Of a stretch of 64,000 nt of DNA, positions 22,408 through 33,880 are shown piece after piece. The DNA comes from Squalus acanthias (taxonomy: Eukaryota). Every line of letters starts with the position of its first letter. Position 1 is the stretch's first letter. The stretch spans positions 50,098,001 through 50,162,000 of the forward strand of contig CM059432.1 in the NCBI GenBank assembly GCA_030390025.1. Reading direction: 5' to 3'. Both the position numbers and the translations under genes were made by a program. Below the pieces are notes generated by a model. That model ran no database searches and was not told the DNA's origin. It worked only from the letters and a program-made list of their open reading frames with translations.

Positions 22408-25400
22408 TTTTTTTTAAATTCGTTCTTGGGATGTGGGCCTCGCTGGCATGGCCAGCATTTATTACCCATCCCTAAATGCCCTTGAGAAGGTGGTTGTGAG
22501 CCACCTTCTTGAAACGCTGCAGTCCTTGTGGTGAAGGTACTCCCATAATGCTGTTAGGGAGTGAGTTCCAGGATTTCGACCCAGTGACGATGAAGGATCG
22601 GCGATATATTTCCAAGTCAGGATTGTGTGTAACTTGGAGGGGAACTTACAGGTGATGGTGTTCCCATGTGCCTGCTGCCCTTGTCCTTCTAGGTGGTAGA
22701 GGCCGCGGGTTTGGGAGGTGCTGTCGAAGAAGCCTTGGCGAGTTGCACAGTGCATCTTGTAGATGGTACACACTGCAGCCATGGTACGCCGGTGGTGGAG
22801 GGAGTGAATGTTTAAGGTGGTGGGTGGGGTGCCGATCAAGTGGGCTGCTTTGACCGGGATGGTGTCAAGCTTCTTGAGTGTTGTTGGAGCTGCACTCATC
22901 CAGGTAAGTGGAGAGTATACCATCACACTCCTGACTTGTGCCTTGTAGATGGTGGAAAAGCTTTGGGGAGTCAGGAGGTGAGACACTCACTGCAGAATAC
23001 CCAGCCTCTGACCTGCTCTTGAAGCCACAGTATTTATTTGGCTGGTCCAGTTATGTTTCTGGTCAATGCTGACCCCCAAGATGTTGATGGTGGGGGATTC
23101 GGCAATGGTAATGTTGTTGAATGTCAAGGGGCAGTGGTTAGACTCTCTTTTGTTGGAGATAGTCATTGCCTGACACTTGTGTAGTGCGAATGTTTGTTGC
23201 CACTTATCAGCCCAAGCTTGAATGTTGTCCAGGTCTTGCTGCATGCAGGCATGGACTGCGTCATTATCTGGGGAGTTGCAATCATTAGTGAACATCCCCA
23301 CTTCAGACCTTATGATGGAGGGAAGGTCATTGAAGAAACAGCTGAAGATGGCTGAGCCTAGGACACTGCCCTGAGGATCTCCTGCAGCGATTACCTGGGG
23401 CTGAGTAGATTGACCTCCAACAACCACAACCATCTTCCTTTCTGCTTGTGACTTTAATTATACTAGGGCTCCTTGATGCTACACTCGGTCAAATGCTGCC
23501 TTGATGTCAAGGGCAGTCACTCTCACCTCACCTCTGGAATTCAGCTCTTATGTCCAAGTTTGGACCAAGGTTGTAATGAGGTCGGGAGCCGAGTGGTCCT
23601 GGCAGAACTCAAACTGAGCATCGGTGAGCAGGTTATTGGTGAGTAAGTGCCACTTGATAGCACTGTCGACGACACCTTCCATCACTTTGCTGATGATTGA
23701 GAGTAGACTGATGGGGTGGTAATTGGCCGGATTGGATTTGTCCTGATTTTAGTGGACAGGACATACCTGGGCAGTTTTCCACATTGTCGGGTAGATGCCA
23801 GTGTTGTAGCTGTACTGGAACAGCTTGGCTTGAGGCATGGCTAGTTCTGGAGTGCAAGTCTTCAGCACGACAGCCAGGATGTTGTCAGGGCCCATAGCCT
23901 TTGCTGTATCCAGTGCACTCAGCCGTTTCTTGATATCACATGGAGTGAATCGAATTGGCTGAAAACTGACTTCTGTGATGGTGGGGACGTCAGGAGGAGG
24001 CCAATATGGATCATCCACTCGGCACTTCTGGCTGGAGATGGTTGCAAAATCTTCAGCCTTGTCCTTTGCACTCACGTGCTGGGCTCCACCATCACTGAGG
24101 ATGGGGATATTCATGGAGCCTCCTCCTCCTGTTAGTTGTTTAATGGTCCACCACCATTCACGACTGGATGTGGCAGGACTGCAGAGCTTTGATCTGATCA
24201 GTTGATTGTGGGATTGCTCAACTCTGTCTATAGCATGCTGCTTTCACTGTTTAGCATGCATATAGTCCTGTGTTGCAGCTTTACCAGGTTGGCACCTCAT
24301 TTTTAGGTACGCCTAGTGCTGCTCCTGGCATGCTCTTCTGCACTCATTGAACCAGTTCTGGTCCCCTGGCTTGATGGTAATGGTAGAGTAAGTGATATGC
24401 CAGGCGATGAGGTTGCAGATTGTGGTGGAGTACAATCCTGCTGCTGCTGATGGCTCACAGCGCCTCATGGATGCCCAATTTTGAGCTGCTAGATCTGTTC
24501 TGAATCTATTCCATTTAGCATGGTGGCAGTGCCACACAATACAATGGAGGGTGTCCTCAGTGTGAAGATGGTTCTTTGTCTCCACAAGGACTGTGCGGTG
24601 GTCACTGCTACCAATGCTGTCATGGACAGATGCATCTGCGATAGTTAGATTGGTGAGGACGAGGTCAAGTAGGTTTTTCACTCGTGTTGGTTCTCTCACC
24701 ACCTGCCGCAGGCCCAATCTGGCAGCTATGTCCTTCAGGACTCGGCCAGCTCGGTCAGTAGTGCTGCTACCGAGCCACTCTTGGTGATGGACATTGAAGT
24801 CCCCTGACCCAGAGTACATTCTGTGCCCATGCTATCCTCAGTGCTTCTTCCAAGTGGTGTTCTTCTATGAAAGTGTACTGATTCATCAGCTGAGGGAGAG
24901 CAGTAGGTGATAATTAGCAGGAGGTTTCCTTGCTCATGCTTGACCTGAAGCCATGAGACTTCATGGGGCCACTCCCTCCCAACTGTATATCACTGTGCTG
25001 CCACCCCTGGTGGGTCTGTCCTGCCAGTGGGACAGGACATACCCAGGGATGGTGATGGAGGAGTCTGGGACATTGGCTGAAAGGTATGATTCTGTGAGTA
25101 TGACTATGTCAGGCTGTAGCTTGACTAGTCTGTGGGACAGCTCTCCCAATTTTGATACAAGTTCCCAGATGTTAGTGTGGAGGACTTTGCAGGGTCGACT
25201 GGGCTGGGTGTGCTGGTGTCGTGTCTGAAGTCGGTGTGGGGTGGTCCGTCCGATTTTATTCTTATTATTTCTTTCTGTAATGGTTTGTTACAAATGAGTG
25301 GCTTGCTAGGCTATTTCAGCGGGCAGTTAAGAGTTAACCACATTGCTGTGGGTCTGGAGTCACGTATAGGCCAGATCGGGTAAGGACGGCAGATTTCCTT

Positions 25401-26447
25401 CCCTAAAGGTCATTAGTGAACCAGATGGGTTTTTATGACCCCATTACTGATACTAGCTTTTTATTCCAGATTTATTTAATTAACTGAATTTAAACTCCCC
25501 AGCTGCCATGATGGAATTTGAACTCACGTCTCTGGCTCAGTGAATGGGCGAGAACATGGCAGATGGAATATAATGTGGATAAATGTGAAGTTATCCACTT
25601 TGGTAGAAAAAACAGAAAGGCAGAGTATTTCCTAAATGGTGAAAGATTGGGGAACGCAGATGCTCAAAGGGACCTGGATGTCCTTGTACATGAGTCACTG
25701 AAAGTGAATGTGCAGGTGCAGCAAGCCATTAGGAAGGCAAATGGTATGCTGGCCTTCATTACAAGAGGATTTGAGTACAGGAGTAAAGAAGTCTTACTCC
25801 AATTATATAGGGCCTTGGTGAGACCACACCTGGAGTACTATGTACAATTTTGGTCTCCTTACCTAAGGAAGGATATACTTGCCATAGAGGGAGTGCAACG
25901 AAGGTTCACGAGATTGATTCCTGGGATGGCGGGACTGTCGTATGAGAAGAGATTGAGTAAACTAGGCCTGTATTCTCTTGAATTCAGCAGAATGAGAGGG
26001 GATCTCATTGAAGCATACAAAATGATTACAGGGCTTGATAGGATGGATGCTGGGAGAATGTTTCCCTTGGCTGGGGAGTCTAGAACCAGGAGCCACAGCC
26101 TCAGGATAAAGGGTAGGCCATTCAGGACTGAGATGAGAAGATATTTCTTCACACAGAGGGTGATGAATCTTTGGAATTCTCTACCCCAGAGGGCTGTGGA
26201 GGCTCAGTTATTGGGTATATTCAAAACAGAAGTCGATAGATTTCTGACTAGTAAAGGCATCAAGGGATATGGCGATAGGGCCGGTGAATGGAGTTGAGGC
26301 AGAAGATCAGCCATGATCTCATTGAATGGCGGAGCAGGCTCGAAGGGCTGAATGGCCTACTCCTGCTCCTATTTCTTATGTTCTTATGTTCTTATCTAGG
26401 CCTCTGGATTACTAGTTCAGTAACATAAACACTATGCTACCATTCCC
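22408..26447 (-). mobile_element. CR1-group LINE with tRNA-derived 5' head, decayed EN-RT frame and no ORF1; head interrupted by a CR1
   Basis: Head at 26396-26447 and 25270-25535; EN motifs QPDIVILTES, GDFNVHH, LDLVLT, SSDH; RT motifs KAMGPDNI, PQGSVLG, WADKWQ, YKAQVRS; 3' end gccagcga...cccacatccc plus A-rich tail. Confidence 0.88.
25536..26395 (+). mobile_element. 5'-truncated CR1 inserted into the tRNA head
   Basis: ORF 25518-26297 (WQMEYNVDKC, RPHLEYYVQFW, RMRGDLIE); (TTCTTATG)n tail. Confidence 0.95.
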
Positions 26448-27329
26448 ATATGCTACCTGAGCTGCCTAGGAACCCCCTCAAATCAGAGGTTCTGATTGGG
26501 GCCAGGCAGAAGACCTAAACAGTACGCAACCTCTCAAGTCTTCATTTTCCTCCCCCACTTTCCCTGCCAAGTGCTGCACCTGTCCAACCCCGGGACAGAG
26601 GACAGAGGAAAACTCGACCCCATAGTGGCAGATCAAACCTGCTCATTTTAGAAGATCCTCAGAATATCAATCACATAGAGTGTTTGAATTGAATTGAATA
26701 ACTTGATCCATTGATTTGTTCCAAAAAATGAAAACCTGTGATTGCCAGAAACTAAGGCCCTGAATGTCTTTGTTGTGTTCAGCATTTTTGCCACTGTTAT
26801 ACTGTTATTATGCCAAAAAGATTGAAGACATTTGCATTTTAGCACATTATGCTGCTTATGCGCTGTTAGTGCACTAAACACAAATATCCTTGATCTTTTT
26901 AACAATGCAAATCTTACCCCTGTCAAAGCTCCTCAGGACTCCTTTGCATAGCTGAATTGTTCAAGTGCATAGGAAATTTCCTGGATTTATGTCGCTCCTG
27001 CTATCAGTGTAACAATCCAACAAAAAGCCGGCTAACTTCTCTCCCTATCACTTCAGACAAGTGTAAGTGAGGAGTTGGTGAGCTGAAGAGGGAGCCAACT
27101 TCATTTACTGATTACTCTGAAGACAATTTTTTAACCCTTTCCTTCACATTTTTCTACTTGGTGACACCTACACTTCATTTTACCGCAGTGCTTTCCTCTC
27201 TTCCCAGAATATTTTTTTGGGACACCTGACGTCCCGCACCCCCAAACCCACACTCAGTTTAACTTCAGACAAGCTTTCCCCATCGGCATACCACTCTATG
27301 CCAACATAATGGAGGAGGAGTTGTAGCAG

Positions 27330-27870
27330 CAGTGTGTCAAAGCCAGGAGAATCAGGCAGCATGGCAGAGGACAGCAGCCCCTCATGTTCTACCCTCCCCA
27401 ATGTGTGTACAGGCCTCACCGGTTCTACGAGGACCTCTCTGAGGAACTGTGCGTCTGACAGATATGCCTCTTCAAGGACGCCACTGGGCATTTCCACCAA
27501 CATCATCACAAAGATTTGAAGACTCGCTCCACTGCCACAACTGCTTTGCCCATGGAAATATAAATGACAGCAGCCCTCAACTTTTATGGCTCTAGATCCT
27601 TCCAGACTACCACAGGGGATATGTGCAACATTAACCAGGGAGCAGGTGAGGGCCGCCTTTTTTCATAGAGGAGCTGAAGTCATCTGCTTCGGTATCACCC
27701 CCAGGCAGCAGAGGAAATGAGCTGGGAACTTCTACAGGATAGCTGGATTCCCCAGCGTGCTAGATGCCATGATGACATGCACATGGCACTGTAGGTGCCA
27801 ACAAAGCAGCTGCTGATGTATGTGAATAGGAAAGGGTTCCATTCCCAGGACATCCAGCTCATCTATGGTG
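27330..27870 (+). pseudogene. Harbinger transposase remnant
   Basis: YPPQCVYRPHRFYEDLSEELC, TALPMEI*MTAALNFYGSRSFQ, FYRIAGFPSVLDA, YVNRKGFHS. Confidence 0.8.
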
Positions 27871-28429
27871 GAAACTAGGTCGTGTCCTCACTTGCTGCCT
27901 CAAGGGGCATCAGAGGGCAGATTCTGCAGGACGTCTTTGTCAACTGATCAACTGCAGTGAGACCACCTCAGTCTTACCTTCTTCTACACATCCTACCAGG
28001 TGACATCAAAGCAGATCTCTTTGGCCCAGCAGGACCTTATCAGAAATCCTCACCTGCGTGAAGAGGTCTGAACCTACGCAATCATCTATTTCCTGACTTA
28101 CTGTAATGTTCAGAAACAAAAAGTACCTAGTGAATTTTAAGGAAAACATTTATTTTATTCCAAGTTGAAGGGGTGGAAGGTTGTGTGTGAAGATTAGGCT
28201 GTCAGTTAAGGACTGTGTGGCAATTGTGATGGAAGAGATGAAGTGAGAGATGGAGGGGTCTGAGGATGTTAGAGTGGAGGAAAGTATTTTGGGGTTGTGC
28301 AGGCAGTTGGTGTGTGTTAGGGGAGTTGTAGACACCCTTACCCAGAGTATACTATGAAGGGTTAGTAGTGTGAGTGTGAATAATGTGGTGGTGCCCATGG
28401 AGGAAAGGGAGAGTGTAGTGAGATGCTAC

Positions 28430-28690
28430 CATCGCCTGCCCTCATTAAGTGTTTTCACTTCTTTCTGCACTGTTAATCAGTGCTGGATGTGAGGGACTTG
28501 GGAGTCAGTGCCAGTGCCAGCTACCTGCAGGCGACACAGCTGATGCTTGGTGAAATTAAAACACAGGAGTTTGAGGCTCTTGTCTTGTACCTCTTGAGGA
28601 AGGGTTTGGAGATCTTCATCAGAGAAGTTAGTTGTACTTCTTCTGCCTGCTACCTTGGTGTGGTCCCCAGTAGGCACAGCTGGCAACTAT
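28430..28690 (-). pseudogene. Harbinger Myb/SANT-like remnant, convergent with 27330-27870
   Basis: RRSTTNFSDEDLQTLPQEV resembles the RAARFSD..LE motif. Confidence 0.6.
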
Positions 28691-29384
28691 GTGGGCATGA
28701 TGGTGCCAACCTGGACTGATTCCATGGGTCAGAGATGCCGTCAAGTGATTTGGTGGAAATTGCGAGCAAAATCACTTGTCAGTTGCAAACCTTGCTTTCG
28801 GATATTGTTCTGCAGCTGCGGGGCATTTGCAGAATGTTTTTAAAGAGTTACGTCATTATTGCACAGAAGTTTCCTGGAGGAGGGGATGTGTGTGTGTGTA
28901 TCAGCAACTTACTCTCAAGTTACATCAGTACAGAAGAAAAAAATGGAATTAAGTATGATAAAAATAACTTACCGATCACATACATGGATAAATTAAAGTC
29001 TCACTTGATGGCTCATGTGGAGAATTAATCAAGTAGATGGGCTAAACAGATGAGGAAGAGATAAGGTTCAGTCTATGGTTTGTGCTGAGTTAGCTGGTCT
29101 CAGTGGAATGGTGGTAGGTGTACTATGATTAGCTTTAGTGCCATTGGGCTAAGGAGAAGGGAAACCACTGGTTCACTATTCAGTGATTCTAGATAGAATG
29201 GTATGTGGATGAAGGTGGAGAAAAAGAAATACAGATTTCAGTCAAATAATACGCAAGTGTTTGGATTTTCTGAGTATGGGACAGCAGCTAGGAATGTAGC
29301 CCAGCACCAGTGCATATCAGAAAATCACAGGTGCATTTCTCTGATACGTGTGATGCTGGGCAAGATTCTCACAGTCAGCCTGCA

Positions 29385-29540
29385 GAATAGAATCATAGAA
29401 TATTACAGCACAGAAGGAGATCATTCGACTCATCATACCTGTGCTGGCTATTTGAAAGAGCTATCCAATTAGTCCCACTCTCCCACTCTTTCCCCATAGC
29501 CCTGCAAATTTTTCCTTTTCAAGTATATATCCAATTCCCT
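29385..29540 (-). mobile_element. CR1 3' tail fragment
   Basis: atagaatcatagaatattacagcacagaaggag, similar to 2547-2700. Confidence 0.8.
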
Positions 29541-30744
29541 TGTATTCAGTAAACTTAAGGCAAAATATACGATACACATTGAGATTTTTCAAAAATAACT
29601 AATTTCATTCCTTTCCAATAATATTAAATTATATTTAAGTATCCTGTTATGTGCAAATATTATAAATATCCTAATGTTAACACTGAGTCATCAAACTAAA
29701 CAAAGTCTGGCAGCAGTTCATTTATATCTCCACTGTCTCCCTTGCCAAAGTGAAAATGAAAAGAATATAAAACTGAATGGAGGCTGAATTAACAAGTATA
29801 TTTTAATCAGTGCTCAGTGTGAGAGGGTCAACCAGCTCCATCCCAAAAAGCAAGAGGTGAGAAGAAAAATAATTTTATAATTTGATATTGACCACCCAAG
29901 TCTCATCTACTAATTCTCTCTTATATTCTCAGAATTCCTGTTTGTTTGCTAGGTACAACCAGCTTTTCATAAAGTCATGTTGACTTGGATTTATTGCCTT
30001 TACTTTTGCTAGGCACTCTTGAATTGCTTTCTTCATGACAGGTTCCAGTACTTTTCCTCAGTATAGATGTCAAGCTGACAGGCTTATAATTCCCAGGATC
30101 ATGCTCCTGACCCATTTTAAAGATTAGAGTCACATTACCTATCTTTCAGCCATTTGATGCTACCAATGTGTCCCATGAGCTTTGCAGAAGTTCCACCATC
30201 GCAGCGCTTATTTTTAATTTCCTTTAGTATTCTCAAATACATTCCATTCTATGGAGGTATAATGACTCTACTTTCTAACTGTACTGAAAATTGGGTGATA
30301 AGGCCAAATGCCATATCCGGCCCCACTAAGGCAAACATCTTTGGCTGTTGCATTCTCATCCTGCACATATCCCTTACTTACTGTCAAATCCCCCCATGAT
30401 AAAGAATGCCTCTGGGAAAGAAACATTGCGGGTAGGCTCTATTGTTGAAGGGCAGAAGGGACCTGGAGCATACCTGAAGGGAAGTTCTTAGGGGGCAGAA
30501 TTGGGTTGTGCCCCCTTTGGGGTGCTAACTTCGCCGGGGCGTTACTTTTAGTGCCCCGAAAATCACGCAACTTGTCGCGATATAGTGATTCCAGTACTAC
30601 GCTCATGGATGCACGAGTGTCGATTTCCATGGGTATCCTGGTTCCTGTGACATCTACTTGGATAACGATACCTCACGAATCACCGTTAGATACCGTCGTG
30701 CTCCTGATGACTTGAATCTCCAGAAACTCCTCGTCCTGCTGCTG

Positions 30745-33078
30745 GATTAATTAATGATCTCAAACTGAAAGATCCTCTTGGGAAGAGTGATCATAGCATG
30801 ATAGAATTTCAAATTCATTTTGAGGGTGGGAAAGCTAGGTATCAAACTAGTGTCCTGAACTTAAACAAAGGTAATTACAAAGGTATGAAGGGAGACTTGG
30901 TTAAAGTGGACTGGGAAAATATATTACAGGGTAAGATTGTAGAAAAGCAGTGGCAAACATTTGAGAAGATATTTCATAACTCTCAGCAAAGATATATTCC
31001 AGTGAGAAAGAAAGACTCTAAGAGAAGGATGAACCATCCGTGGCTAACTAAAAAAGTAAAGGATGGTATCAAATTGAAAACAAAAGCATACAATGTTGCG
31101 AAGAATAGTGAAAGGCCAGAGGATTGGGAAATTTTTTAAAACCAGCAAAGGACGACTAAAAAAATGATAAAGAGAGAGAAGATAGCTTATGAGAGTAAGC
31201 TAGCAAGAAATATAAAAACAGACAGTAAGAGCTTCTACAGGTATATAAAAAGGAAGAGAGTAGCTAAAGTAAACGTTGGTCCCCTAGAGGATGAGTCTGG
31301 GGAATTAATAATGGGAAACAGGGAAATGGCGGAGACTTTGAACAAATATTTTGTATCGGTCTTCACGGTAGAAGACACTAAAAGCATCCCAATAATGGAT
31401 AATCAAGGGGCTACTGGGGTGGAGGGGGGGAACTTAAAACAATCACTATCACTAGAGAGAAAGTACTAGGCAAACTAATGGGACTAAAGGTGGACAAGTC
31501 CCCTGGACCCGATGGCCTGCATCCTAGAGTCTTAAAAGAGGTGGCTGCAGAGATAGTGGATGCATTGGTTGTAATCTACCAAAATTCCCTGGATTCTGGT
31601 GAAGTCCCAGCGGACTGGAAAACCGCAAATGTAACGCCTCTATTTCAGAAAGGAGGGAGATAGAAATCAGGCAAATATCGACCAGTTAGCCTCACATCTG
31701 TCAATGGGAAAATGCTGGAGTCCACCGTTAAGGAAGTGGTAGCAGGACATTTAGAAAATCATAATATAGTCAAGCAGAGTCAGCATGGTTTTATGAAAGG
31801 GAAATCATGTTTGACAAATTTGCTGGAATTCTTTGAGGATGTAATGAGCAGGGTGGATAAAGGAGAACCAGTAGATGTCATGTATTTGGATTTCCAGAAG
31901 GCATTCGATAAGGTGCCACATAAAAGGTTACTACACAAGATAAGAGCTCATGGGGTTGGGTGTAATATATTAGCATGGATAGCGGATTGGCTAACTAACA
32001 GAAAGCAGAGAGTCGGGATAAATGAGTCATTTTCAGGTTGGTAAACTGTAACTAGTGGGGTGCCGCAGGGATCAGTGCTGGGGCCTCAACTATTTACAAT
32101 CTATATTAATGACTTGGATGAAGGGACCGAGTGTAATGTAGCCAAATTTGCTAATAATACAAAGATAGGTGGGAATGCAAATTGTGTGGAGGATGCAAAG
32201 AATCTCCAAAGGGATATAGATAGGCTAAGTGAGTGGGCAAAAATCTGGCAGATGGAGTTTAATGTGGGAAAATGCAAGGTTATCCACTTTGGTAGGAAAA
32301 ATAAAAAAGCAAATTATTATTTAAATGGAGAGGGATTACAAAATGCTGAGGTACAGAGGGATCTGGGGGTCCTTGTACATGAATCACAAAAAGTTAGCAT
32401 GCAGGTACAGCAAGTAATTAGGAAGGCAAATGGAGTGTTGGCCTTTATTGCAAAGGGAATGGAGTATAAAAGTAGGGAAGTCCTGTTACAACTGTACAGG
32501 GCGTTGGTGAGACCACACCTGGAGTACTGCGTACAGTTTTGGTCTCTTTATTTAAGGAAGGATATACTTGCATTGGAGGCAGTTCAGAGAAGGTTCATGA
32601 GGTTGATTCCAGGGACGAAGGGGTTGTCTTATGAAGAAAGGTTGAGCAGGTTGGGCCTATACTCATTGGAGTTTAGAAAAATGAGAGGGGATCTTATTGA
32701 AACATAAATGATTCTGAAGGGGCTTGACAGGGTAGATGCAGAGAGGATGTTTCCCCTCGTCGGGGAATCTAGAACTAGGGGGCATAATTTCAGAATAAGG
32801 GGGCACCCTTTTAAATCGGAAATTCGGAGAAATTTCTTCTCTCAGAGGGTCGTGTATCTTTGGAATTCTCTTCCCCAGAGAGCTGTGGAGGCTGGGTCAT
32901 TGAATATATTTAAGTTGGAGATAGACAGGTTTTTGAAAGGTAAGGGAGTCAAGGGTTATGGGGAGCGGGCAGGGAAGTGGAGTTGAGGCCAAGATCAGAT
33001 CAGCCATGATCTTATTGAATGACGGAGCAGGCTCTACTCCTGCTCCTAAGTCTTATGTCTTACGTCTATGTCTTATGT
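30745..33078 (+). mobile_element. 5'-truncated CR1 LINE, disrupted ORF2
   Basis: Successive ORF fragments 30798-32986 homologous to ORF2 at 33881-36832; (TCTTATG)n tail. Confidence 0.95.
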
Positions 33079-33880
33079 CTCTTCAACAGTATGTAGTGTC
33101 TGGCAATTTCTACTTCTAGCATTGCCAGTCGGTGTACTCTTCTGTCGGGACGCCTTTGCAAGATGCCCGGTTTTCTTGCAGTAGAAACACTCTGCCTTCA
33201 CATATGAACAGCTTTGAGCGATGTGTTGTCAGAGGCACCGATAGTACAACTTCAATGCATTGTTACCTTGGCCAGTTGCTGAGGCTTTGGGGCCCAACTG
33301 CCTTTTACTTTTAGCCTGAAACTGATTCACCTCGGTTGTCTGACGACTGGAAATGGCACGGAACTCACAGCAGTATCGGTCGGTCATATCCATCGACATA
33401 GCTGTCTGACAAGCTAAGTCACAAGTCAAATTACAGGTTGTCAATAATTTATTTCTGATACGTTCATTTTTCAACCCACAAACAAAGCGGTCATGCAAAG
33501 CTCGGTCCTGAATGTTTCCGAAATGACAGTGAATGGATAGCTTTTTTAAAGCTACAATGTACTCACTGATACCCTCGTCAGTTAATTGATCATGTGTTCC
33601 AAAATGATCACTTTCAGCAATTTCGAGGGTTCAGGACTGTACATAAGAACATAAGAACATAAGAAATAGGAGCAGGAGTAGGCCAATCGGCCCCTCGAGC
33701 CTGCTCCGCCATTCAATAAGATCATGGCTGATCTGATCCTAACCGCCAATCTACTATCTATCACAGAACCATCTCCTGCATCTAACAGAATTGCACACAC
33801 GAAATAGGAGCAGAATCAGGCTACACAGTCCCTGGGCCCGCTCCACTACCCACAGGGCCATGACCGATCCGAACCTAGAC

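Noticed and set aside
27180..27509. 109-aa minus-strand ORF
   Set aside because: Antisense to the Harbinger transposase remnant
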